A program made the translations under genes and the position numbers. A stretch of 63,609 nt of DNA, counting the filler, from Acidimicrobiia bacterium (GTDB lineage: Bacteria; Actinomycetota; Acidimicrobiia; Spongiisociales; SHLN01), in NCBI GenBank assembly GCA_041619515.1. It is 3 parts of 3 records of this genome, joined end to end, with 100 filler letters (N's around TTAATTAATTAA, not from the genome) between each part and the next. Parts side by side here need not be neighbours in the genome. Positions count along the whole stretch, not along the records: positions 1 to 25,190 come from JBFKDW010000043.1; 2 more parts are not named here. The stretch is one strand, 5' to 3'. Position 1 is the stretch's first letter. Every line of letters begins with the position of its first letter. Under the pieces are notes generated by a model, which did no database searches, had not been told where the DNA came from, and saw nothing but the letters and a program-made list of their open reading frames with translations. Of the stretch, positions 10,261-20,095 are shown piece after piece.

Positions 10261-10776
10261 GTGGTGACAGCTGAGGAATCAACTGCCGAACACGCTGCCG
10301 GGGTGCTGGGGCCCCGGGACTTCGAGGACTTCTACCGCTCCCGCCACGAGCAGGTCTTTCGCGGCCTGACTCTCACGCTGAGAGATCGAGATCTGGCGGC
10401 GGATGCCACCGACGAGGCCATGGCCCGGGCCTACCAGCACTGGCGATCGGTGAGTCGATACAACAACCCGGAGGGCTGGGCCTACCGGGTGGGACTCAAC
10501 TGGGCACGATCGCGCCTGCGCCGGACCAAGCGAGAGGTACGCGGTTTCCGACTCGACGACAAGCCGGCTACGGAGCTCGTTCCCGCCGACCCGATGATTT
10601 CCGCCGCCCTCGAAGCGCTTCCACTCGCCCAGCGGGCGGTGGTGGTGCTTCGTTTCTATTTCGACTGGCCCACCGACCAGGTCGCCAAGGCACTAGGAGT
10701 TCCGCAAGGCACAGTCAAGAGCCGCCTGTCTCGAGCACTCACCCGGCTGGAGTCCCACGTGGAGGTAACACGATGA
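10261..10776 (+). CDS. ECF RNA polymerase sigma factor (SigE-like)
   Basis: region 2 (AADATDEAMARAY..W, PEGWAYRVGLN) and region 4 (LPLAQRAVVVLRF, GTVKSRLSRA); exact start uncertain (10228-10264). Confidence 0.93.
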   Translation: MVTAEESTAEHAAGVLGPRDFEDFYRSRHEQVFRGLTLTLRDRDLAADATDEAMARAYQHWRSVSRYNNPEGWAYRVGLNWARSRLRRTKREVRGFRLDDKPATELVPADPMISAALEALPLAQRAVVVLRFYFDWPTDQVAKALGVPQGTVKSRLSRALTRLESHVEVTR

Positions 10777-12941
10777 ACATCGAGGATCGCCTCAAAGAGG
10801 CATTCGCGCAGGAAGCAGAGCACCTGCACGCTCCACATGGATCCCCCGAACACGCCATCCGCCGCGGCCGGCGTCGCCGTGCCTCCAACCTCATCGGAGG
10901 AGCCGCGCTGGTCCTCACCCTGATCGGGGGAACCGCCGCCGGCGTGCAACTGCTCGGCGACACCGATCAGCCTGATCGAGGGGACCCGGCCGCCACAGCT
11001 ACCAGCAGGCAATCCAACGAACAGTCGACCAGCGGCCGATCAGACGCTCCGGAGGTGGATTTCGTCTGGGAGAGGTTCACGCTTCCTACAACTGCCACCA
11101 CCAACGTCTGGAACCTCCAGGTGACCTGGCGGACCGATCGCTTCATCGCAGCCGGAATCGGCTTCGACGAGATGGAGGGCTTCGGTGAGCCCGGTCAGCA
11201 ACTTCTCGTGTGGGAGTCGGTGGACGGCGCGAATTGGTCCTCGGTGTCGGTCGCCACTCCACTCGACGGGGCGGTCGACACGCTGCTGAGCACCGGCGAA
11301 GGGTTTGTTGCGGTGGTGCGAGGCTTCGAGGGGTCGGGTGACGTGACCCGCTTGTACACCTCGATCGACGGCAGAACGTGGACAGAGGGCGCGGCCGACC
11401 TCGGCTCGCTCACCGACAACCAGTACATCTGGTTCGGTGGGGCCGCCGGCGGCAACGGTGTGACGGTCCTGGCTGGGGTACTGCAGACCGAGCCGCCCCA
11501 GCCGCCCGTCATCCTGGAGGACGCCGGTGTTGTTCTGCAACAGAACATGGGCGACGGCGGTTTTACGGTCAGCAACCTCGCGACGGGCGAGGTCATCACC
11601 ACGATCGACAACGAGATCGTGTTCGGGTCGGGCTCGGGCATCACGGTGCGCAACGCAGACGACGCCGTCATCCTGGTGGTGTTCTGGGACGAGCTCGATG
11701 AGGCCAGGGCTCTCGGCGAGGCAGAAGATGGGTCTCTCCTCATCGACAAGGACGGCATTCGCCTCGAGCTGGACTACGACGAGTACACCTACGTTGCAAC
11801 CGACATAGCAACCAACACAGTGGTCGCGTCCGGGATCCAGGACGATCTGTACCGGTCGCCAAGGGTGCACGTCACGCATCCCGAATCCGGTGAGACCATC
11901 CTCGATATTGGCATCGAAGAGTTCGACGCCGCCATGGAGGATGCGTGGTCGAGCTACGAGTACCGCCCGCAAACCGATTTTGTCCTGCTCACTACCAGCG
12001 ACGGCGTGACCTGGGATCGCACCGACCTGGAACCTGGGCCGGGAGAAGAGTTCAACGTGGGTGGAGTCGGCTTCGGGTCGGATGGCTTCCTCGTCTCTCT
12101 CAACCGGTACGGTCCGGACAGTTTTGGAACGGAAGTGTGGCGCTCACGGGACGGGCACGATTGGGAGGTGGTCTCATCCACCGACACGCCGGGCGACGGT
12201 CCGATCGCCGGCCGGGGGGACGACTATTTCAGGATCAGCCTCGGCCGCCGGTCGGGCGTCGAGCGCTCAGCAGACGGGGTCGACTGGACGATGGTCCACG
12301 AGGCGCCCGACGCCGGGACCTTCTACAGCTGGATGGCCGCCGGGGACCTGGGCATCGTGGCCGTCGGCCAGAATCAAGAGGATGTGTTCGGACCACCCGT
12401 CGTCGTCCGAAAAGAGGGCCGGACACTGGTGATTGATGGCCGGACCGGCCGCATGACCGTGACCGAAGACGACAGCGGCGAGGTGCTCACGACCATCGAG
12501 TTGGATGTGTACGAGGAGGAGCCGCCAGAACAGATCCGGTACGACGCGGCGGCCAAAACCATAACGATCACCGACGTCGACGGAACGGTGCTGATGACGA
12601 TGACCGAGGACGAGGCGAACGCCGCTTCCACCGAGGCCGAAACCGGATACGAGTACCCGGTTCCCGAGCCGAGCATCGCCTTTTCGTCCGATGGTGACGA
12701 GTGGTTCACAACCACCACGGTTGGGCTCGATCTAGCCTGGGCACAGGGTGCGGCCGTCGGTGCGGACGCTGTCGTCATCGTCGGTGAATCGGCGGCATCG
12801 ATCGTGGAATCGCAGTCCGGGACGGAAGCCTCCGTCACGGTTCAGCTCGGAGACGGCAGCCTCCCCGAGGTAACGACTGTTCCCGCCGAACCGTATGGCC
12901 TCAGCCCCCAAACGTTCATTTGGGTGGGCCGTCCGAGGTAG
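10773..12941 (+). CDS. putative anti-sigma/sensor: short cytoplasmic domain, TM helix, Asp-box repeat extracellular domain
   Basis: ATGA overlap with the sigma gene; IEDRLKEAF...RRGRRRR followed by TM; SxDGxxW repeats. Confidence 0.8.
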   Translation: MNIEDRLKEAFAQEAEHLHAPHGSPEHAIRRGRRRRASNLIGGAALVLTLIGGTAAGVQLLGDTDQPDRGDPAATATSRQSNEQSTSGRSDAPEVDFVWERFTLPTTATTNVWNLQVTWRTDRFIAAGIGFDEMEGFGEPGQQLLVWESVDGANWSSVSVATPLDGAVDTLLSTGEGFVAVVRGFEGSGDVTRLYTSIDGRTWTEGAADLGSLTDNQYIWFGGAAGGNGVTVLAGVLQTEPPQPPVILEDAGVVLQQNMGDGGFTVSNLATGEVITTIDNEIVFGSGSGITVRNADDAVILVVFWDELDEARALGEAEDGSLLIDKDGIRLELDYDEYTYVATDIATNTVVASGIQDDLYRSPRVHVTHPESGETILDIGIEEFDAAMEDAWSSYEYRPQTDFVLLTTSDGVTWDRTDLEPGPGEEFNVGGVGFGSDGFLVSLNRYGPDSFGTEVWRSRDGHDWEVVSSTDTPGDGPIAGRGDDYFRISLGRRSGVERSADGVDWTMVHEAPDAGTFYSWMAAGDLGIVAVGQNQEDVFGPPVVVRKEGRTLVIDGRTGRMTVTEDDSGEVLTTIELDVYEEEPPEQIRYDAAAKTITITDVDGTVLMTMTEDEANAASTEAETGYEYPVPEPSIAFSSDGDEWFTTTTVGLDLAWAQGAAVGADAVVIVGESAASIVESQSGTEASVTVQLGDGSLPEVTTVPAEPYGLSPQTFIWVGRPR

Positions 12942-13017
12942 CCGCTCATCGCGAGCTCGATGACCACGGTGGCCGATCGCAACCCGGCCCCGTGCCCGCC
13001 GCCCAGCCCGGCTCTCC

Positions 13018-13809
13018 TCACTCGGGAGGGGCGGTATCGGCCAGGCCCGCTCGCAGTTTGCGCATGCCGGCCAGCCAGCGGTCGTAGTCGGCAGACTTGT
13101 TCCTGAGGTGGGCGGCAACCTCGGGATGGGGAAGTATCAGGAAGCGCTCGTCATCCAGGCCCTCCACCACCGCCGCCGCCACTTCGCCTGCATCCATCAT
13201 CATTCCCTCCACCCAGGCTGTCGCCGCCGGCGTAGTCATCGCCGAACGCCCCATCGGCGTGTCGACGAACTGGGGCGCCAGGCATGACACTCGGATGCCC
13301 CGATCCCCGTAGGTGATGGCCAGCCACTCGGCCAGGGCCACAGAGGCATGCTTGGTCACTGCATACGGTGCCGCCTCGAGGCTCGTCGTCAGGCCGGCCG
13401 CCGATGCGGTCAGGAGCAGATAGCCCTCGCCGCGGGCAAGCATGCCCGGCAGAACCGCCCGGGCTGCGTACACCTGTGACATCAGGTTCACGTCCCATGC
13501 CCGCTGCCACACCCCGGCATCGGAGTCGACATCACCCGCGGTTGCGATACCGGCATTGGCGCAGAACAGGTCGATAGATCCGTGGTCGGCATTCACCGAG
13601 CCCACCATGCCGGCTACGGCGGCCGCATCGGCGGCGTCGAGGGCGAAAGCACTCCCTGCGACCTCACCCGCCACGGCCCGGGCGGCAGCTTCGTCGAGGT
13701 CGGCAATCGCTACGTGGCGCGCCCCGGCGGCGGCAAAAGCGCGGGCCATAGCGGCGCCGATGCCACCGCCTCCACCGGTCACGACGGCCACCCGGTCGGT
13801 CAGTTCCAC
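13018..13809 (-). CDS. SDR family oxidoreductase
   Basis: TGGGGGIG, NAG, YAVTK; GTG 13809 with AGGAGG RBS. Confidence 0.92.
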   Translation of the reverse strand: MELTDRVAVVTGGGGGIGAAMARAFAAAGARHVAIADLDEAAARAVAGEVAGSAFALDAADAAAVAGMVGSVNADHGSIDLFCANAGIATAGDVDSDAGVWQRAWDVNLMSQVYAARAVLPGMLARGEGYLLLTASAAGLTTSLEAAPYAVTKHASVALAEWLAITYGDRGIRVSCLAPQFVDTPMGRSAMTTPAATAWVEGMMMDAGEVAAAVVEGLDDERFLILPHPEVAAHLRNKSADYDRWLAGMRKLRAGLADTAPPE

Positions 13810-13894
13810 GCCATCCTCCTGTCGTCGGAATGCATCGTACGAGGTGGCCGAGGCGCTCGCGGACCACGGCGGAATCGTTTCTACACTCGGGGCG

Positions 13895-16879
13895 ATGAAA
13901 CGCCTGCCGGCACTCCTCGCGGCCCTGGCTCTGCTGGCGACCGCCTGCACTCGCAGCGACGAGGCGACCCCCACCACGACGACCGTGGCCGGCATCACGA
14001 CGACCGTAGCCGCCACCACCCCCACCGGCGGCGACGATAACGCCGTCGACCTCAAACTGATGCTGCTCTACCACCAGCATCAGCCGCTCTACCCCAAGGA
14101 CTCCGATGGGGTCGTCACCCGGCCGTGGGTGCGGGTCCATGCCACCAAGGACTACTGGGACATGGCCGCCTTCCTGCAGGAGTACGACATCAAGGCAACG
14201 TTCAATCTGACACCGGTCCTGATGCTCCAATTGGAGGAGCTGGCCAACGGCGTCAAGGACCGCTACTGGGTACTCACCGAGGTCCCCGCCGACCGGTTGA
14301 CCGAAGCCGATGAACAGTTCATCTTCGACCGCTTCTTCGACGCCAGCTCCAAGCAAATCGGCCGCTTCCCCCGCTACCAGGAGCTGCGCCGCCAGAAGGA
14401 CAGCTTCGGGATCGACTCGTTCACTCCCCAGGACTTCCGCGACCTGCAGCTCCTGTTCAACCTGTCGTGGACCGATCCCAGCTTCCTCGCCGAGGAACCG
14501 CTGGCGGGCCTCGTTGCCAAAGAGCGGGACTACACCGAAGCGGACAAGGCCACAGTGATGGCGGAGCATCTCGCCATCATTCAGCAGGTCATACCGCTGC
14601 ACCGCCAGATGTGGGATGCCGGCCAGATCGAAGTGATCACCACACCCCTGGCCCACCCGATCCTCCCCCTCATCACCGACACCAACCTCGCCTCGGTGGG
14701 AGACCCGACCGCCCTGCTCCCGGCCAACCGGTTCCGGGAGATCCTCGACGCTCGGACCCACATTCAGGAGGGGCTTGCCGAGGCCGAACGGCTGCTGGGG
14801 AGGCGTCCGGAAGGAATGTGGCCGGGTGAGGGCGCAGTCGCCGAGGCCGTCATGCCCTTCTTCGCCAAGGAAGGGGTCCGATGGGTGGCGACCGGAGAGG
14901 ACGTGCTGGCCCCGTCCCTCGGGCTGGGCAGCTTCGAGCGCGACGGCGCCGGAACCGTCGTCGAGGCGGCGGCCCTGTACCGGCCCTATCTGGCGGACAA
15001 CCCCAACGACCCGGGGGTAGCCATGTTCTTCCGGGACCTCGCCATCAGCGACCAGATGGGATTCCAGTACTCGGGCATGAGCCCGGCGGACGCCGCCGCC
15101 GACTTCATCGGACGGATGCGGGCGATCGAGGACCGGCTGGAAGCGCAAGGCGCGTCCGGCACCCACGTGGTCTCGGTCATCCTGGACGGAGAGAACGCCT
15201 GGGAGTCCTACGACGATGACGGCATCCCCTTCTTCGAAGCCCTGTACGCCGCCATCGAGGAGGCCGACTTCTTCGAGACCGTGCTGCCCGGGGAGATTCT
15301 CGACGATCTGGGCGACGATCTGCCGGTGCTCCCCGATGTGTGGCCGGGCGCCTGGTTCTCCCCCAACTATGCCACCTGGATCGGCGAGCCGGAGGAGGCA
15401 ACCGCCTGGGATTACCTGTTCCGGACCCGTCGCGATCTCGGGGAGGCAGAGCGGTCGAACGAGGTGCCGGCAGAGGATCTGGCTCTCGCCAAGCGCACGA
15501 TGCTGTTCGCCGAAGGCTCCGACTGGTTCTGGTGGTACGGAGCCGACCAGGATTCCGGCAACGACGACTACTTCGACTCCGCCTTCCGGGAGTTGCTCGG
15601 GCAGGTGTACGACCAGATGGGACGGCAGCGGCCGAGCTACGTGGGGGTACCCATCATTCCCGAAACCCCGATCCTCGCCCAGCGCTCCCCCGCAGACATC
15701 ATCACCGTGCAGGTGAGCGCCGGGCCGTCCGACGCCGGATGGGAGGAGGCGGGCTTCTACCCCGGAGGTGTCAACGATCTCGTCGACGGCCTCTACTACG
15801 CCTTCGACAAGGACAACCTCTATCTCCGGGTCGACGGGCCATCAGCCGCCACCGTGGGCACCCAGGAGCTCTATCTGGGCGCCCAGTCCGGTTCGAAACG
15901 GGCCGTGACGCTCGACGATCGGGTGCTCGGCTTCGGCGCCACCCATCTCGTCCGCTTCGAGGCAGGCGGTGCGTGCCTCTACGCACCTCTCCCGGTGCCC
16001 GGCAACCCGCAGCTTCCGGCCTGTCAGGAGCTGGAGGCGGCGGTGATCGGAGACAGCTACCTCGTGGCGGTGCCGGTGCGTGCCTTCGGAGCGCTGGAGG
16101 AGGGGGATTCGGTCCTCGTCAAGGCCAGCTTCGGTACGCTCTTCCCCGCCTCCGGGCCTGCGGTCGCCCAGGCCCCGAACCTCTCCGACCTCGAAGTGGT
16201 GCTCGCCGTCGCCGACCCGACCGGCGATGACCACGGGCCGGGCAGCTACAGCTATCCGACCGACCAGGTGTTCATTCCCAACTCATATGACATCACCGGC
16301 TTCGAGGTCGGCCTGTCAGGCGACAATATCGTGTTCAACATCGAGGTGAACACCGTCATCAACAACCCGTGGGGGAGCCCCAACGGGCTCGCCATCCAGA
16401 CCTTCGACATCTACGTCGACCAGGATCCGGGCGCGGCGACCGGGGCCCGCGACCTCATCGACGGCCGCAACGCCGCCCTCGGACCCGAGAACGGCTGGGA
16501 GTTCGGCGTCACCGTCGAAGGCTGGCAGCCGGCGATCTACGTTGCCCGGACGGACGGCTCTACCGAGGAGACGAAACCGACCTTCGACGTGGTCGTCCTT
16601 GGGGACCGCGGGAAGGTGATCGTGCGGATCCCCCTGACGATCTTCGGTGTGGGCGATCCGGAGGACTGGGGCTACGCCCTGGTCGTCATGAGCCAGGAGG
16701 GCTTTCCATCTGCCGGCGTGCGGCGGGTGCGGGACGTGAACCCGACCGCCGAGCAGTGGCGGGTGGGCGGCGGCGATTCCTCCGCCGGTGACACCCGCAT
16801 CCTCGACGCCCTGTGGGCGACCACCGGCGAGGCCGAGGAGCTGCTGCGGCAGGGATTGGTTCCCCTCGTCACCAACTGA
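13895..16879 (+). CDS. GH57 amylopullulanase-like lipoprotein with C-terminal glucodextranase/DOMON-like domain
   Basis: lipobox LLATAC, HQHQP, GMWPGE nucleophile, ILDGENAWE, AEGSDWFWW; DPTGDDHGPGSYSYPT domain. Confidence 0.9.
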   Translation: MKRLPALLAALALLATACTRSDEATPTTTTVAGITTTVAATTPTGGDDNAVDLKLMLLYHQHQPLYPKDSDGVVTRPWVRVHATKDYWDMAAFLQEYDIKATFNLTPVLMLQLEELANGVKDRYWVLTEVPADRLTEADEQFIFDRFFDASSKQIGRFPRYQELRRQKDSFGIDSFTPQDFRDLQLLFNLSWTDPSFLAEEPLAGLVAKERDYTEADKATVMAEHLAIIQQVIPLHRQMWDAGQIEVITTPLAHPILPLITDTNLASVGDPTALLPANRFREILDARTHIQEGLAEAERLLGRRPEGMWPGEGAVAEAVMPFFAKEGVRWVATGEDVLAPSLGLGSFERDGAGTVVEAAALYRPYLADNPNDPGVAMFFRDLAISDQMGFQYSGMSPADAAADFIGRMRAIEDRLEAQGASGTHVVSVILDGENAWESYDDDGIPFFEALYAAIEEADFFETVLPGEILDDLGDDLPVLPDVWPGAWFSPNYATWIGEPEEATAWDYLFRTRRDLGEAERSNEVPAEDLALAKRTMLFAEGSDWFWWYGADQDSGNDDYFDSAFRELLGQVYDQMGRQRPSYVGVPIIPETPILAQRSPADIITVQVSAGPSDAGWEEAGFYPGGVNDLVDGLYYAFDKDNLYLRVDGPSAATVGTQELYLGAQSGSKRAVTLDDRVLGFGATHLVRFEAGGACLYAPLPVPGNPQLPACQELEAAVIGDSYLVAVPVRAFGALEEGDSVLVKASFGTLFPASGPAVAQAPNLSDLEVVLAVADPTGDDHGPGSYSYPTDQVFIPNSYDITGFEVGLSGDNIVFNIEVNTVINNPWGSPNGLAIQTFDIYVDQDPGAATGARDLIDGRNAALGPENGWEFGVTVEGWQPAIYVARTDGSTEETKPTFDVVVLGDRGKVIVRIPLTIFGVGDPEDWGYALVVMSQEGFPSAGVRRVRDVNPTAEQWRVGGGDSSAGDTRILDALWATTGEAEELLRQGLVPLVTN

Positions 16880-17073
16880 TGATCACTACCGGTGGCCGAC
16901 CCTGCTCGTGGCACGCGCCCCGAGTGGGCGTGAGTTGCACGCCGTGCGGTCGAGGGACTAGATTCGGGAGGCGCTGGACATCCGTAGATTGGCACTCCTC
17001 CCCGACCCCGGGAGCACCGTTCTAGCTGATGGGCCGGCCGGGAAGCGGAGAAGACGGAACAAAGGGGAACATC

Positions 17074-20022
17074 TTGTCGAGGAAACGGATTCTGAGCATT
17101 TTCGCCGCGTTCGCCACCGCGATGGCGGTACTGGCCGCCCCGGGAGTAGCGGGTGCGGACGGCATCGACGTACCGAATACCGTGGAGGAGAGCGAGTACG
17201 GCAGTTACATCGTCATCATGGACGACGATCCGCTGGTGGCAACACTCGGACAGGACAACCTGGGTACACCTGCGGCGGAAGCGATGCGGGAAGAGATCGA
17301 GGAAAGCCACGACGCGGCCTTGGAGGAGGTCGGCGCCGATGCCGCCGACAAGGTCAACGACTACTCGAACGCCGTCAACGGCTTCTCAGCGCTGATCTCC
17401 CATGATGAGGCAAACCGGCTGGCTGCGCGCAAGGATGTGCGCCTGGTCATGCCCGACGAGTTGCGTCAGCTGACCACCGACTCCAGTCCCAAGTTCCTCG
17501 GGCTCACCGGAGGCGGCGGAGCGTGGAAGACCGGTCTCACCGGCGAGGACGTCGTGGTGGGTGTCATCGACAGTGGCATCTGGCCGGAGCATCCCAGCTT
17601 CGCCGACGACGGCAGCTACGGGCCCCACCCCGTGCAGCCGCTCGACGCGTTCCGTCCCAACTGTGAGTTCGGCAATACCGCCCACAACCCGAACGATGCG
17701 CCGTTCACCTGCAACAACAAGTTGCTGGGCGCCCGCCAGATGCTCGACACGTACCGGCTCCTCATCGGGGCCGACCCGGACGAGTTCGACTCGGCCCGTG
17801 ACGACGACGGCCACGGCACCCACACGGCCTCGACGGCCGCTGGCAACGCCGGCGTCGAGGCCAGCATGTTCGGCCAGGACCTCGGTGAGATCTCGGGGAT
17901 CGCTCCCCGGGCCCGGGTCATCGCTTACAAGGGCCTCGGCAATCTGGGCGGCTTCGGCTCCGACCTGGCAGATGCCATCGACCAGGCCGTATTGGACGGC
18001 GTGGATGTCATCAACTACTCGGTCGGCGGCGGCCCCAGCCTGACGGGAGCCGACGACATCGCCTTCCTGTTCGCGGCCGACGCCGGCGTGTTCGTGGCCA
18101 CTTCGGCCGGGAACGCGGGGCCTGGACCCGGCACCATCGGCGGTCCCGCCTCCGTGCCGTGGCTCACCTCGGTGGGCGCCAGCACCCAGAAGCGGTTCTT
18201 CCAGGGCAAGGTGAGGCTGCACAGAGGTGGCAAGGTGACCGGTGCTTCGATCACCCCTGGAACGAGTGGCAAGCTGCCCCTGGTGGACGCCGAGTTCGCC
18301 GGCGGTGACCTGTGCATTCCGGGAACCCTCGATCCGTCGGTTGCCGGCAAGATCGTGCTGTGCCGCCGGGGGGCCATTGCCCGCGCAGGCAAGAGCCTGG
18401 CGGTGTCCCTCGCCGGAGGGGCCGGGATGATCATGTACAACAACTCGGACGACGACAACCTGTTCACCGACACGCACTGGGTGCCGTCGGTGCACGTCGA
18501 CCTCACCGAGGGTCTCAAGGTCAAGGACTACATCGCTTCCAGCAGCGATCCCAAGGCCCAGATCCAGACCGGTCAGACCAGCAACTGGAAGCATGCCCCC
18601 ACGATGACGATTTTCTCGTCGCGGGGACCGAACTCTGTGGCCGAGGACATCATCAAGCCGGACATCACGGCTCCGGGCATGCAGATCCTGGCCGGCAACT
18701 CGCCGTTCCCGGATCCGGGAAGCACACCTCCAGGTGAGCTGTTCCAGGCGATTGCCGGAACGTCGATGTCGAGCCCGCATGTGGCCGGTCTGTTTGCTTT
18801 GCTCAAGCAGGCTCATCCGGACTGGAGCGCGGCGGCCGCCAAGTCGGCACTCATGACGTCGTCGTACCAGAAGGTGCGCGACAACGATCGGGTCAGCCAG
18901 GCCGATCCGTTCGACATGGGCGCCGGGCACGCCAACCCGGGCAAGGTGACGAAGAAGGGCTCGATGTTCAACCCGGGCATCGTGTACGACGCCGGGTTCC
19001 TCGAGTACCTCGGGTTCCTGTGCGACGCCGAGCCTTCGATACTGTCACCGACCACTTGCCCGTTCCTGGAGGTGAATGGCATCCCGACCGATGCCAGCGA
19101 CCTCAACCTGGCCTCGATCGGCATCGCCGAGCTTCCGGGGACCCAGACGGTGATCCGGACGGTCACGAGCGTGGCCGACAAGAAGGTGAAGTGGAAGGTC
19201 AAGGTCGACGAGCCCGACGGCTACGACGTCACCGTGACCCCGAGCCAGATGACCCTCAACCCGGGTGATACCGCCACCTACGAGGTGACCATCACCAACG
19301 ACGGCAGCGGCCCGCTGGGTGAGTGGAGGTTCGGCTCGCTGGAGTGGAGGGGCAACGGCTACAAGGCCTACAGCCCGATCGCCGTCCGTGGCGTGGCCAT
19401 CGGCGCGCCGGCCGCAATCTCCGGCAGCGGAACAAGCGGGTCGGCCAGCTTCGACGTGACGTTCGGGTACACCGGCGACTACACGGCGGCACCCCACGGG
19501 TTGTCTGCGGCCGTGGACACGACCGACACGATCAGCCAGGATCCGGATCAGACGTATCCGAGCGGCGACGACGTCGTCGGTGTCGGCATCGACAAGATCG
19601 ACTTTGTCGTCAGCGGCTCGGCGTTCGTACGCTGGTCGCTGGTCGTGCCGGGACCCGATGACATCGACCTGTTCCTCGAGGACTCGGGCGGAAACATCAT
19701 CGCCTCGAGCACCAACGGCGGGACCGACGAGCTGATCGAGTTGGTGTTGCCTGCCGACGACACCTACACGATGGTGGTGCACGGGTGGTCGATCCCCAAC
19801 GAGCCCCTGCCGTACACGCTGCAGTTCTGGGACGTGCCGGCGACGCCGGGCGGCGGCAGTCTGAGCGTCGACAGCGCTCCGGCCTCGGCCACCACCGGCG
19901 CAACGGGGACCGTCGACGTGAGCTGGTCCGGGCTCACGGGCGGGGTCCAATACCTCGGTGCGGTGTCACATAGCGACGCCGGCGGGATCATCGGGCTCAC
20001 GCTCGTGGATGTCGCGGGCTAG
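17074..20022 (+). CDS. S8 subtilisin-like serine protease (I9 propeptide, PA, Fn3-like and PPC domains)
   Basis: VGVIDSG, HGTHTAST and GTSMSSPH catalytic triad; signal peptide; TTG 17074 after GGGGAA. Confidence 0.93.
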   Translation: MSRKRILSIFAAFATAMAVLAAPGVAGADGIDVPNTVEESEYGSYIVIMDDDPLVATLGQDNLGTPAAEAMREEIEESHDAALEEVGADAADKVNDYSNAVNGFSALISHDEANRLAARKDVRLVMPDELRQLTTDSSPKFLGLTGGGGAWKTGLTGEDVVVGVIDSGIWPEHPSFADDGSYGPHPVQPLDAFRPNCEFGNTAHNPNDAPFTCNNKLLGARQMLDTYRLLIGADPDEFDSARDDDGHGTHTASTAAGNAGVEASMFGQDLGEISGIAPRARVIAYKGLGNLGGFGSDLADAIDQAVLDGVDVINYSVGGGPSLTGADDIAFLFAADAGVFVATSAGNAGPGPGTIGGPASVPWLTSVGASTQKRFFQGKVRLHRGGKVTGASITPGTSGKLPLVDAEFAGGDLCIPGTLDPSVAGKIVLCRRGAIARAGKSLAVSLAGGAGMIMYNNSDDDNLFTDTHWVPSVHVDLTEGLKVKDYIASSSDPKAQIQTGQTSNWKHAPTMTIFSSRGPNSVAEDIIKPDITAPGMQILAGNSPFPDPGSTPPGELFQAIAGTSMSSPHVAGLFALLKQAHPDWSAAAAKSALMTSSYQKVRDNDRVSQADPFDMGAGHANPGKVTKKGSMFNPGIVYDAGFLEYLGFLCDAEPSILSPTTCPFLEVNGIPTDASDLNLASIGIAELPGTQTVIRTVTSVADKKVKWKVKVDEPDGYDVTVTPSQMTLNPGDTATYEVTITNDGSGPLGEWRFGSLEWRGNGYKAYSPIAVRGVAIGAPAAISGSGTSGSASFDVTFGYTGDYTAAPHGLSAAVDTTDTISQDPDQTYPSGDDVVGVGIDKIDFVVSGSAFVRWSLVVPGPDDIDLFLEDSGGNIIASSTNGGTDELIELVLPADDTYTMVVHGWSIPNEPLPYTLQFWDVPATPGGGSLSVDSAPASATTGATGTVDVSWSGLTGGVQYLGAVSHSDAGGIIGLTLVDVAG

Positions 20023-20044
20023 CCGCCCAGACTGAGCACTAGTG

Positions 20045-20072
20045 AAGGGGGCGCCCACCAGGGCGCCCCCTT
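20045..20072. terminator. intrinsic terminator-like hairpin between convergent genes
   Basis: AAGGGGGCGCCC-acca-GGGCGCCCCCTT perfect 12-bp stem. Confidence 0.75.
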
Positions 20073-20095
20073 TCCGCGTCGTGCCCGCCGTGCGA

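Noticed and set aside
16880..17073. Riboswitch or ncRNA upstream of the subtilase (also intergenic 54119-54374 and 25291-25480)
   Set aside because: I could not recognise any Rfam motif by eye; an Infernal/Rfam scan would be needed.
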